Source: Camelus ferus
Taxonomy: Eukaryota
NCBI RefSeq assembly: GCF_009834535.1
Contig: NC_045696.1
Span: 45,634,001-45,698,000 of the forward strand
Length of the DNA: 64,000 nucleotides
Direction: 5' to 3'
The notes beneath the pieces are model-generated. The model did not search any database. It was not told the DNA's origin and worked only from the letters and a program-made list of their open reading frames with translations. This document shows positions 11,641 through 23,247 of this stretch, one piece after another. Within the stretch, counting starts at the first letter, position 1, and every line of letters starts with the position of its first letter. Made by a program: the position numbers and the translations under genes.

Positions 11641-13404
11641 TTTAAACTATTTTTACTACAATAATAAGGACACACTTAACATTGTGACTCTGTATGCATA
11701 ATAAAACAAAAGTTTCATCATATAATAATTACCTTATGATGAACAATACATTCTATTTTATTCTTCTATGTTTTCCAGATTTCCTGGAAAAAACTGATCG
11801 TGACCCACTAATTTTTTATGCCTCATTATTGTTTCATGACCCACAGTTTGAAAAATGAGTCTTGGGATATAAGTCTCAGGCTGTAAAGGTCTCCAGGATA
11901 TAAGAGGGAAACAGGGTGCCTAGACATCACTCTTGGAATTTCTGACAATTCTCACAGCTCTGAGATTTCTTTTTAACTCTGCAAGTCCACTCTGTAGCAC
12001 TACCTCTTCTTGTGAACACAGAAATTTCTTCTAACTAAGACAGTAACAACAAAAACTACTACAACAGCAGCAACAATAAAACTGTCACCTTGCCAGAGTT
12101 TCCATGTCCTAAGATAATCAAACGGCAGAAGCTTCTAGTATTATGTAAAAGATTATGTTAGAAGGAGAAGTAAGTACGTGGCTCCAGGACAGCAGTGCTA
12201 ACCATTCAGATGACAGGGTCACCTGGTGGATGCTGAGTAGTTAGGTAGTGGCTTCTTTCCCCTCTTCGTTCCAAAAAAGTACAATAACCAGCTGAACATA
12301 AGATCTCCACGACTGTGTGTGTGTGTGTTTATAACATACAGCAAGGAAAAATACAGCTTAATAAAACATATTTTTGATCTAAGTATATGTTTATATTTGT
12401 GTAGATGATAAAAATTATTTCATATGTGGAACCTCATCAGATAATTTAGAAATACACTGTTTCAGATGATCTGACAACATCATGGGTGGGTCCCAAGAGG
12501 GCCACTGAAGGCTTAACTTCAATTAGTAACTAAACTGTCTTTTCTTTTCCATTGACTTCTTTGCTCTTTTAAAATTCATTTTTAAAATGAAGATTAAGCA
12601 AAAATACTGTAAAACAGTGGCAGTGTGCTGCAACCAAGCAGGGAAGGGCCAATGTTAACAATAACAATAAAGAACAAAAATTAGTCATGCTGAATGTGGC
12701 TGGTTGGTGCCCTGAAGAAACTTGTGGGACAGAACTCCTGGGGTTCAGAGAGGGGTTTGCTCTAAGAGATGTGATCCTCTGACAAGACTGAAGAACAGTC
12801 TGAAGCCCTGGAAAAGTGTTCTACTCTGACAGACTCAACCTCAGGTCCACAAAGCTCCAAAGGAGGGAAAAAGCTACGAAAGTGAGGACTCACTTTCGAA
12901 CAGGAGTTAACTACAAAATATGCTTTTCCACAGCTCTTTGCGTCTTCACTGACCTTGCAGCGCAGACACAAAAGACAATGTACCTCAATGTACCTCAACA
13001 ATTATCATCTTCCAATCAGAATGGAACATTTTTCTGCCCTTTCCTGGAAACTGTTACATATCCCCTGTGTCCAGTATTGCAGATTCCACATATGATTTTA
13101 AGGTGTGAATCCATATGTTCTTAAAGGTTTGCCTGGTGTACCAATTACTTCTGTTGTTGAAATATTCTCTTGCTGGTACCTGTTACTGCTATAATCTGAT
13201 TTAAAACAGCAAAAAAATGGGCCTTCATCTTCCAACAAGGTCATCTAACAATGACCCTAATAAGCAGCTAGCCTGTAAGACTTGATGTATAGAACTTGTT
13301 CAAAATCTAAATGTAGGCACGGAATCAAGTCTACATAATGAGTTTATTCAGGTCAGCAAGTGCTGGTGCATTAACAGTGTGCTCTGGAATTCTGGATGAT
13401 ATGC

Positions 13405-13800
13405 ATGTTGGGCAGGGTAGACTGTGCCAGTAACAGTTGCCAAATCTCTGTGGCTTTACACAGCAAAAGTTTATTTCTTGCTCACAAAACGTGTTCCACA
13501 TGAGCTGGCAGGAGGTCTCTGCTCTCCATAGGCGACTGGGGGCCTGAGCTCACATGGTCTACCTTGACACACACCTCCATGATCACCACAGCTAAGGGAA
13601 GAAAGCATGCCAAGTTCAACATGTTTAACAAGCGTACACCTAGAAGCAATGGACATCACTTCTGCTTCTGCAATACATGCACATCACATGTATTGGCCAA
13701 AGCAAGTCACAGTGCCACACCTCACTTCAGGGGGATGACAAAAAAACAGTGTTTAGAAGGAACATGGGAAATATTTACTAAACCATACTAAGAACTACCA
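13405..13800 (-). mobile_element. MaLR LTR (MLT1K/L-like)
   Basis: aaatctctgtggctttacacagcaaaagtttatttcttgctca...ttggccaaagcaagtcac. Confidence 0.65.
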
Positions 13801-14486
13801 TTTTCCTCATCGTTCACATTTCCTTGATGACCACACTCTGTTCATTGACAACTCATTTCAGTTTCTACTTTCCATTCATTTGTTGACTAAATCAATAGTC
13901 TTGTCATCTTTCAGTTGGATTATAGAAAGGCCTTTAAGCTCGGCTCAACAACCCATATCTTACAGTCCAGTCATACAGAATTTCTTACAGACCAGAATAT
14001 TTTATTTCACACATTTCTTCCTGTTACCTTCTCTCCCTGAGAACAGTCCCCTCACCCTCCAGAGCCATTACACTTTGTATGAAGGCTTCCCAGAAAGCCC
14101 CACAAAATCTCCAGGCCATGTTATACTTAGTAACACTGTGGTGCTTTTCTCTCTCTGTATTTATGTTACAAGGAAGTGTGTCCCCTTCACTGCAGTTACT
14201 AATATACAATCATGTTATGTTTACAAGAACGTAAGCTCCCTGAAGGCAACAATCGTTCTTCCAGAAGAGCCATGACAAGGTACTGTCATTCCACACTTCT
14301 GTGTTCTACCCCATCTCTTTTTCCTTTGTGTCTCTAGTGGCTAGAGTACCGTCAGAAATCAACAAAAGCCAAATTAATCCATTAATTTGTTACAAGAAAT
14401 ATAACTGACAGTCATCCTGATACTTAGTCCACACTAGAGGGAAAAACTATTTTAAAACATTCAAAATTAAAAATTATTAAATATAG

Positions 14487-14591
14487 GGGAGTGGGTAGAG
14501 CTCATGCTTAGCATGCAGGAGGTCCTGGATTCAATTCTCAGTACCTCTGTTAAAAAAATAATAATAAAAGTGTTTTTAAGTAAATAAAGGA
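14487..14591 (+). mobile_element. tRNA-Ala(AGC)-derived SINE (camelid Vic-1 type), head partly deleted
   Basis: ggtagagctcatgcttagcatgcaggaggtcctggattcaattctcagtacctc plus A-rich tail. 18-bp TSD aaaaattattaaatatag (14469-14486) / aaaaattactaaatatag (14592-14609). Confidence 0.85.
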
Positions 14592-15939
14592 AAAAATTAC
14601 TAAATATAGACTCAGAGAAAAAGAGACATGAATGGTGCTCTGGAACATTACCATTAAGCCATAGTTGTTCTTTAATATTCTTGTTGCTGAGCTCAAAAGA
14701 AATATGTATTAAAACTTGTAATTTTTGGGGTGGTGTAGGATAGAGCCTGAGAACTTAATTCATTTCTAAAACTCTTCTAGAATGTGATTCTCTTGATACG
14801 TGCCATTGCAACATTCCTATCACTCCCAGTTCCCCACTTCTAAAACATGATGCATTTCCCAAGGTTGCAGCTTTTACTTAGATTCTAAGTGAGGCTACTT
14901 GTTTCCTGATGGTTCACAAGAAAACACCTCTGTCTCACCCCCGCCTCCAGAGTAGCAACTGATGGAATTTATTGTGAGGGATCAGAACCAACCTTGCTTT
15001 CACTGGTCATGAGTGGATTTATTCCCAGCAGTAAGGGCTAATGCCTTTGTAGCTAGATTAAAGATTTCCCAAGGGTATGTGTGTGTGTCTGCTCACTTTC
15101 CGTATTCTGTGCCTTTCACCACTTTAGCACCACTAGGCTATTAATGCAGTATGAGAGTCTCGCGTACTTGCAATATAAGGACTTTCAATACTAAGCTAAA
15201 GCCAGAAAGAAAAACACAACAGTTCATTCGTAAGTCAAGTTCATTATAGGTACTTTACTTATTCCAAATGCCAAGAATATTCATTCAGCTCAAATAAAGT
15301 AGGACTATCTACTGTATAAGAATGCAATTTCCAATCTATTTTGTCAAATTTCAACTTACAGTCTTATTTACGATTAAGAATAACTGTTAATGAAATACAA
15401 AGAAGAATATCTTTTTGTCTTTGTTTTCTTTCTTTTTTTAATCTCAAAACACAGATTCTCAGCAAATACCAGTGACTCATTGTTTTCATGCTGCCACTGA
15501 GATAAATTGAGTTCCCTGCAGCTCTGTGTGGGTGTCTTTGAAGTTAAGATCTTAAACAATAAGCCCAGATCCGCTCTAGAGGAACATGAAAGATTCTTTA
15601 AGACTTCTAACAGGAAGAAAGTTTGGTCTCCTTTTCCCCTCGTCATTAAAACATATCCTTTCTCACAATAATGGTTCAGCGATGAGCTCAGCTTTTTAGT
15701 ATAGACTCCCTTTTTCTTCAGAATCCCTGGAAGATACCCCAGCAAAGCTGGAAACATTCAGCTTCTCTAGGAGACTGGCCATTTTATGTGTTGTCAAACC
15801 TAATTTTGTAGGAACCCTGAAGGTTCTCTTATATAAAGTGAGAATGCTTGAATTTAGCACAACAGAGGAAACAGAAAATAGTGGTTGTGTCATTATCTTT
15901 TTATCATCTTCTCATAGAAGATACTTTTTTCAGGTCTGC

Positions 15940-16370
15940 TGTTCTTCCCTGTGCATCAAGGGAAACTGACTTTCACAGGTGTATCAGGATTAGAGTAAAA
16001 TGCATGATCCCCTTACCCCCGTCTATGACTGGTTTTGAGGAGAGGAGGGCATGTGGTCACGAAGTCACGTCTTCACAGGGGTTCTGGGGAAAACTTCCTT
16101 GCACATAAGAGAAAAACGCAGAAATTGTTTCTTTTCTGCCTCTGGACATTGCCACTTCCTGATGTGACCCAGGAACTACCGTAGCTACCTGCACACCAGA
16201 AGGGATGCCCGAGAGCTGCCCAGCAGAGAGATGAAAGCAATCAGGAAGTCATGTCACTGGGGACATTACCGAATTCTTGATCATATTGTATTTGTTTTTT
16301 TCTTATTCTGATTTTTTAGCTATGTGGAAAAAAAATAATCACTCACTCATTAAGGTATTCTGAATCAGAT
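15940..16370 (+). mobile_element. Old MaLR LTR remnant (MLT1J/K/L-like)
   Basis: ggggttctgggga...tctgcctctggacattg...gatgtgacccaggaact...gcagagagatgaaag. Confidence 0.45.
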
Positions 16371-16478
16371 TCAGGGATAATTTATTCTCATCTCAGTGAC
16401 TCTGCTCTTATTTCTGGCTATTACTCATTACACATGGAACCAATGACAAAACCATTTTAATTCCCCATTGGTTCCATT

Positions 16479-16669
16479 AAGAGTTGACAGATAAAATACA
16501 GGACGCCCAGTTAAATCTGAATTTCAGATGGACAATGAACAATTATTTTGTAATAATTATATCCCAAGTAGTGTTAGGGACACACTAATCCAAAAATTAT
16601 TCATAATTTATCTGAAATTCAGATTTAATTAGGTACCCTATATTTTTATTTGTTAAATCTGCAACCCCA
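16479..16669. mobile_element. MER53 palindromic hAT MITE
   Basis: Long inverted repeat (aaaatacaggacgcccagttaaatctgaatttcagat ... atctgaaattcagatttaattaggtaccctatattttt). 8-bp TSD gttccatt (16471-16478) / gttctatt (16670-16677). Confidence 0.9.
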
Positions 16670-19369
16670 GTTCTATTAGAACAATATTAGGAAGAAGAGT
16701 TTTAAAAGTTATTTCTCAATAGAGCAGTGGGAGGTAGAATAGAATAGAGTATGTGAGATTTGATTAACAGGCATCTGATCTGATTTACAAGGCTCGTGAG
16801 TATAAAGAAAAAACCAAACTCAATTTTTCATTCATAAATACAGAACATATAAATAGTTATAAATGCATATGTGCAGAAAACCAAATACATTATCACCAAA
16901 TCTATCATCATGGAAATAACCTAAAAGAAAAGAAATTTTTCAACACCATTCTTGCGTGAATTACAACCCTTAAGAGCATACTTATGAAAGACTGTATTTA
17001 AACTTAAATCTTACTTTGTGTTTTCAGCCTGCCTCATGCCTGTTCAGATAGATCCCTGGATTCAAGATCTCCAGATACAGCAATCAGTCTGCACTCACTG
17101 AAAGGGATTCATAAATTTCTCATGAAGGGAAATTAGGAAGGAGTTAACTAGTTTGTTCTACAGTAAAAGGGTATTGAAATGTGATTGTGAAGTTTTGGAT
17201 TTGTGGCCCAGGAAATAATACCATAATAAAAAAAAATTAAGAAGATGGGCACGTATTCCCTTATTTTTGCAAAAAATTTTGTCAGAGTGTAAGCAACATT
17301 CTTAACCTGTAATTCTTAATGTCTGAAATGAAGAAATGAGTTGTTTATCATATAGGATTTTTTTTTGGTAAATTTAAAAACACTTTGCAAATGATAGGTC
17401 CCAGAAAAAATATAAGTTGACATATGAGTACTACAACTAAAAAAGGTTCCAAAAATTTATCAACTAGAGAGCTCTAATTCCAGAAATATCCTCACCACTA
17501 CAATCCACAAGGATTTTATTTCAGCTTCTCTTACATGTCTTGCTAAGAGTCCACTTTACATCATGACTTCTCTCAAAAAACATCTATTTCTTTTGTACAG
17601 AATCTCATTATCCAAGTGTCCTAGTAATGCAGATGCTCTCAACGGCAGGCAGCTGGGTGTTATTACCTCTGCAGCTGTCTTCCCTAAAGAGCAAATATGG
17701 ACCTGTTTCTTTTATATCAGTGACATGATTTTAAAACTTCTCAACTTTGGCAAGTGAGGATTATTCAATTTATGTCACCTTTGAAACTTTCATCTTCTAA
17801 TTTAATTATTTTGACTTTTATCATTTCTCTGTAGAACTATAGATAGATTGAATGTTTTATTTAAAGCAATTCTCCTGTCATGGGGGAAATAAAATGGAAT
17901 GAGTTATTACGTTCAGTATAAGCCTTTGATTATTTTAGAATTAAAAGCCTTTAGAAGTCTAAAATGTTTTTGAGATTTTCCCAGAGAAGGTTTATAGAAA
18001 GGAATATTTGTAAATTATTAATCAGGATAAACACATTCCAATCAAACACACAGAAATTTTAATTGTTCTTTAAAGCCCATACTTTCGAGGTGCTGCCAGA
18101 GTGAATGATTGTCTTCTAATTACACAATTGTTCTTGCCACAGCACTTCAGCTTCCAATCAAGACTGTTAGGTTATGAAGATGCAGAACAGAGTGAAATGT
18201 GTTTATGAACGTAAAGAAGTCTATGGCACTACAAATCTGCAGTCTTTCTATGACCTTTGCCTCTTTTTTTGTGCAAAGGAGAGAAGTTGATAAATTTCAA
18301 AAGTATTCAAACTGAAACTTGATTGTTCTAATAGTATGATGCTATGTGTTCTTTGGCAGGAAAAGATAATGAAAAATTGCGCTTTAAAATACATTTCTTT
18401 AACAAAGAAAACCTCAATAACAATTTATTTTATTCTCATTAAATTTTCTGAATTTAATCTCCAAATGTATTTTGAGCTCCAGCTATATGCCAAGCACAAC
18501 ATTAGCATCTGGAGCTAGGAAAAAAAAAATGATATTGTCTCTTCTTTTCAGGACCTTCATCTAAGGGGATGGTAACAAATCCTCTATAATCTGAGGATCT
18601 TGTCACTAGTATTGTTTGTTGTTTATTTTTGTTTAATTTTATTTTCTTTAAGGAAAAGATAAGCAATCAACTTAAATTCTGATTTTATGGCTGTGTTTCC
18701 TGGTAAAGAATAGTTTTGAACTTTATGTAAAGTGATTTCTTATACCACAGTCAGTCACTGGGATCCTTATCGATTCTTCAATATTATATACATTGGATAA
18801 GATTGTATAAAAGTTTAGAAATAGCTTAAAGCTTAGCACAGTGTATGGCACATGGTAGATACCCCATAAATGGCTGAGTTTTTTTTTTTTAATCAATGTC
18901 ACAGTGGACTCATATCACACATTTTTTAAAAGTTCTATTTATGGCTGGAGGAAGGAAAGATGAGTCCAAAGGTGATGTTGCTAGATATTAATACAAAGAA
19001 AAAAGAAAACTGAAAATTCTTTACTTCATGTTAAAACAAATTGTGGGAGTCAAAAAAAGAATTAGAAGATATGTGTGCCAGTGTCAGCTAGGAAATCTTC
19101 GATCAAAGGCATAGATATAAGTAAGAAGCTTTTTATATCTGGAGAATTTTTTTAAAGAAATAGTGAAAGAGATATAGGGAGAAAGAGGTCATATGAAATA
19201 AAACTCTTCGGATTTTGTAAGTAAAAGGTTCTAAATAGACTCCTAAGAAATTTTAAACATATATTCTAGATGGAATTTTGAGGGTTTTTTCTATATATAT
19301 ATAGAAATATATATATATATATTCAACATGCTGAAAAGAACAGAGAGAGAGAGAGAGAGACATCCATGC

Positions 19370-19960
19370 AGCTAATCAGAAGAAGGAGCAGAGTAAGCAA
19401 TTTAATCATTGCCCACAGTTTGACCACAGTAATGACATTCCAAGAAACAGAAACCATCAAGGAATCCTATTATATCTTCTTTTTCATGTTATTTCTTTGT
19501 ATCAACCAACCACTGACTAATGCTGAGAATGATGACACAGGAGGAAAAGGAAAAATAGGGCAACCAACGGATCCTTTTCCCTCCCAACCTCCCTTACTCA
19601 GCAAGCTGAAGGTAGAACGCATCATTAGAAAGTGCACATACCAAGAAGTGAAATTAGAACAGCTGACTTTGGTTTTTGCAGCATTTCTATTGTTCTGGTC
19701 AGAAGGAAAATACATCTGCCTGTGTGAGCTACTAAATGCGAACTGCATAATTTTGGTGACTCTGGATATGAGTTAACTGTTCTAACTTTTGCATTTGACT
19801 AGCATCACATGATATAAATATGAACATCAAAAGTTACACTAAAATTTAAAGTGTTACTTTCTCTTAACTTAAAACAATATTAAATAGGAAATACAACAAA
19901 CCCTGATAAATCAAGAGAAACTGCAGTAGGAAGGAAGAAGCTTCTTTAAATTTAATTTTA
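19370..19960. mobile_element. Ancient DNA transposon internal fragment (probably hAT; family uncertain)
   Basis: Text gaagtgaaattagaacagctga...gcagcatttctattgttctggt...taattttggtga...atatgagtta recalls a eutherian DNA-transposon consensus. No termini located. Confidence 0.4.
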
Positions 19961-20469
19961 ATACAGCAGTTTGTTTGCTTTTTGAAAAAGTGGTCTCATG
20001 TTTTCATTTTGCACCATACCTGGAAGTTTGCCTAGTCAAATCCTCCCCAATAGAAGTGGTATCTGTTGCATCACGTCAGAATCTCATTCTTGCTTCTCTA
20101 TCACAGACTATATTTCCCTACTACAGCCTCTGCGGCTCTCACTACTCTGACTGCAGGGATGATCTTATTCGTCTGGTTTAGCTTCAAACATGGCACAAAG
20201 TTATGTGTCTTTGGTATAAGCAGAGAATTTATGAGAGCTCACGGAATATATCCATTTTTAGAGCTCACAATTTGTGGAGCAACACTTAAAACCCAGATCG
20301 AATCTTGATCAGAAACACCAGACACGTGAGAGACGTAACCATTTGTAATGGTTACGTCTTATTTGTGGCCTAAGATAGAGAAAACTAGGGGAGGTGGGGC
20401 AGGAACACAGTCTTCTATTGTAACAAGACAAAATAAGAGTAGCTGCCTGCCCCTGAGAGTCTGCCATTG

Positions 20470-20660
20470 GCTAGATGCTCTTCCAGGTGCTTCAACAGCT
20501 GCATTTCACTTCTTCCTTGAAACAATCTTTTTTGAAATAGGTATTTTTATCCCATTTTATAGATAAGAGAGAGGCATGCATAAGTAGAAGGTCATGCAAC
20601 TCATAAAGTTTGAAGCCAGTCATTAAACTTAGAGCTGCCTGAATTCCAAACCCTGGCTCC
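20470..20660 (-). mobile_element. MIR SINE
   Basis: Antisense core tatcccattttatagataag...aaggtcatgcaact. Confidence 0.6.
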
Positions 20661-20720
20661 TAATCTCTCACCTGTAGTCTAAGGGCACCCATTTGTTTAG
20701 AACAGCTCAAGAAGTAAATT

Positions 20721-21111
20721 AATGTCATTCTAAGTGAAGTAAGCCAGAAAGAGAAAGAAAAATACCATATGAGATCACTCATATGTGGAACAACAACAAA
20801 AAAAAGAACGTAATTACAAAACAGAAACAGACTCATAGGCATAGAATACAAACTTGTGGTTGCCAGAGGGAAGGAGGGTGGAAAGGGACAGACTGGAGTT
20901 CGAAATTTGTAGATACTGACAGGCATATGTAGAATAGATAAACAAGATTATACTGTATAGCACAGGGAAATATACACAAGATCTTGCAATAGCTCACAGC
21001 AAAAAAGAATGTGACAATGAATATATGTATGTTCATGTATAACTGAAAAACTGTGCTCTACACTGGAAATTGACACATTGTAAACTGACTATAACTCAAT
21101 TTAAAAAAATG

Positions 21112-21139
<28 letters not shown>
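20721..21139 (+). mobile_element. Young 5'-truncated LINE-1 (ORF2 end, 3' UTR, poly-A)
   Basis: gtcattctaagtgaagtaagccagaaagagaaagaaaaataccatatg...tatactgtatagcacagggaa...gactataactcaat, then an uninterrupted A run at 21113-21139. Confidence 0.9.
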
Positions 21140-21143
<4 letters not shown>

Positions 21144-21429
21144 CATGAGTAAAAACTGTTGGGATACAGATTTGCAATTAAGATCAGAGAATAACTCATT
21201 AAAGCTCATGTTTGGGAACCAACATTCAAAACCTAGGTCAAATCTAAGGGAGAGTATGCATAGTAGTGAATGACAGGCACTTTTTTGCTCGAGGAACCAT
21301 TACAAGACCATGAAAGGAACAAATCTCTCTTAAAGCTATAAATGGAATATATTATCTTCCAAGTTTATGGACTCACTGTCACTAATAATACTAGAAGACA
21401 TGATTGCACTGTGCAAGAATGTTTGTTAG

Positions 21430-21692
21430 AAATGGTGATGTAGTTTAGAGACAAAAATCAGGGGTGACTGTAGACAAGGAGCTTGGGGTTGATTTCTACT
21501 TCAGCAGCAAGTAATTGTGAGACTTCAGGAAGTCACTTAACTTCTCCCACTATTGGTTTCCTCAGCTATAACATAGGAATCATAATAATGCCACACGGGT
21601 TATTGTGAAGATTGAGCGAGACTATGTCTGAAGCACTGAGCTTAGTGTCTTGCACAGAAAGTAAATACTCAGTGAAGGTAACAAGTATTATT
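21430..21692 (+). mobile_element. MIR SINE
   Basis: gaagtcacttaacttctc...gtttcctcagctataacatagg...gggttattgtgaagattga. Confidence 0.7.
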
Positions 21693-22023
21693 CTGGTGTG
21701 CGTGTGTGTGAGAGAGGTAGCCAGGGGAAAGGATTCCTACTTTGATTAGGATAGTAGTCTAGATGACATTAGATTCACATTTTATAATTATGAATTTATA
21801 TACAAAATGACTCATTATCTGAAACTGCAAATTTGGCAGAAAGCCAGAGGCAGATGTAAAACATAGATATAAAGACAGTAACTAGAATTTAAACTAAAAC
21901 CCCAAGTACAGGTAGAGAATAAAGACAGAACATAAACACCAGACAGACTGCTTCAGCATGTCGGAGATGATCCTGTAACTCAGGAAGGTGAAGAGGAACT
22001 GGAAGTTACATATTGCTCTCAAG

Positions 22024-22232
22024 CAGTGATGTCCAATATGGTAGCCACCAGAGGCATATGGCTATTTAATTTTAAATATAAATCGTTTAAAAATAAATTA
22101 AATTTAAAAATCCAGTGTTTACTAGCCACATCTCAAATTCTCAATAGCCACATGCTTCTAGTGGTTACTTTATTGGAGAAAGAAGGTACAGAACACTTGC
22201 ATTGTTGCAGAAAGTTCTATTGGGCAGTGCTG
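22024..22232 (-). mobile_element. MER3 hAT (Charlie) MITE
   Basis: Terminal inverted repeats cagtgatgtccaata / tattgggcagtgctg; internal tagccac repeats; cagaaagttctattgg. Confidence 0.85.
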
Positions 22233-22393
22233 TCTCCAGTGAAAGGTAGGGTGCTACATGTATTTGGATCTGTGGTTAGCCTCAGATCCTCAGGGAGAGT
22301 CTCTACTTTCTCCTTCTATTACGTCTATTCATTTATTTTCTCCTTCAATATTTTCGTTTTACTGGATATTTACAAGAAAACCAGTAAAAGCTC

Positions 22394-23247
22394 TGTGGTA
22401 AGCAGAATTCTAAGAGAGTCTCCAAAATCCCCACTACTGATATGTGCATCTAAAATGATTCCCCCTTTGAGTGTGGGTGAACCTGAATTAACCAAGTGAG
22501 CCCATTTAAAAGAGGGCTTAGACAAGAAAATGGAGTTCAATTTAAATCTACCTCTTAAAGCAGGTCTATTCATATTTCAGTATGTTTGTTATTATAAATT
22601 TCTTTCCATGTATGTGTTTCTTTATCTGAAATGATGACTGACAACCCAGTTTCTGGTTCTTAGACAACTCCATCTTCCAACAAACTACTCATTTTGATTT
22701 GGTTAACACTATGCACAAGCCCCTGAAGAAGTCCACTATCCCAATCCCCAACAACCTATCATTAAACTATTGTTGCTTCAAAACATAAATTAAATTAAAT
22801 TAAATTAAAATCTAAAAAATAAAAGAGGGCTTAGAAATAAGAGAAAGAAATCAGAGATTCAAAGCAACAGAGATATTCTCCTGCTGGCCTTGACCAAGCA
22901 AACGGCAATGTGGCAGAGACAGTCACGTAGGGGGGCATAAACAGGTACATCCTAAGAAGTGAGAGCAGCCCTAGTCAAAAGCCAGCAAGAACAGGAGCTT
23001 TGGTCTTACAATTAAAAGGAACTGAATTCCACCAGCAACCTGAATGGCCTTGGAAGAGAACCCTGACCCTCAGATGAGAACCCTTGGCCAACACCTTTGA
23101 TGCTAGCCTTGAAAGACCCTGAGCAGAGAACCCAGCTGAACCATGCCTGGCTTTCTGACCCACAGAAAAGTGAGAAAATAAACAGGTGTTATTTTCAGCA
23201 GCTAAGTAGGCAATATATTCATTGTGCAGTAATAGAAATCTAATACA
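22394..23247 (+). mobile_element. MaLR solo LTR (MLT1E-like) interrupted by a retroposed insert
   Basis: tgtggtaagcagaattctaag ... gaactgaattc...gaccctgagcagagaacccagct...ctaataca. 5-bp TSD agctc / agccc. Confidence 0.8.
22523..22820 (+). pseudogene. L1-mobilised polyadenylated non-TE insert (5'-truncated retrocopy or orphan transduction); parent unknown
   Basis: Perfect 15-bp TSD aaaagagggcttaga (22508-22522 / 22821-22835); TTT|AAAA endonuclease-type target; ATTAAA at 22761-22766; A-rich tail from ~22780. Confidence 0.75.

Noticed and set aside
12976..12998. Short tandem micro-duplications (caatgtacct x2; also 4371-4392, 33224-33249)
   Set aside because: Ordinary slippage products with no sign of function.
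15374..15757. 127-aa minus-strand ORF in unique sequence
   Set aside because: No recognisable domain, low-complexity K/T run from a T-rich tract, and no supported splice structure.
22026..22499. Longest ORF (157 aa) as a gene
   Set aside because: It runs through MER3 and into an MLT1 LTR, starts at a non-ATG codon, and resembles no protein I know.
22631..22726. Box C/D snoRNA (ATGATGA...CTGA) inside the retroposed insert
   Set aside because: No convincing terminal stem or recognisable rRNA/snRNA guide; such short motifs occur by chance. A snoscan or Infernal search would settle it.
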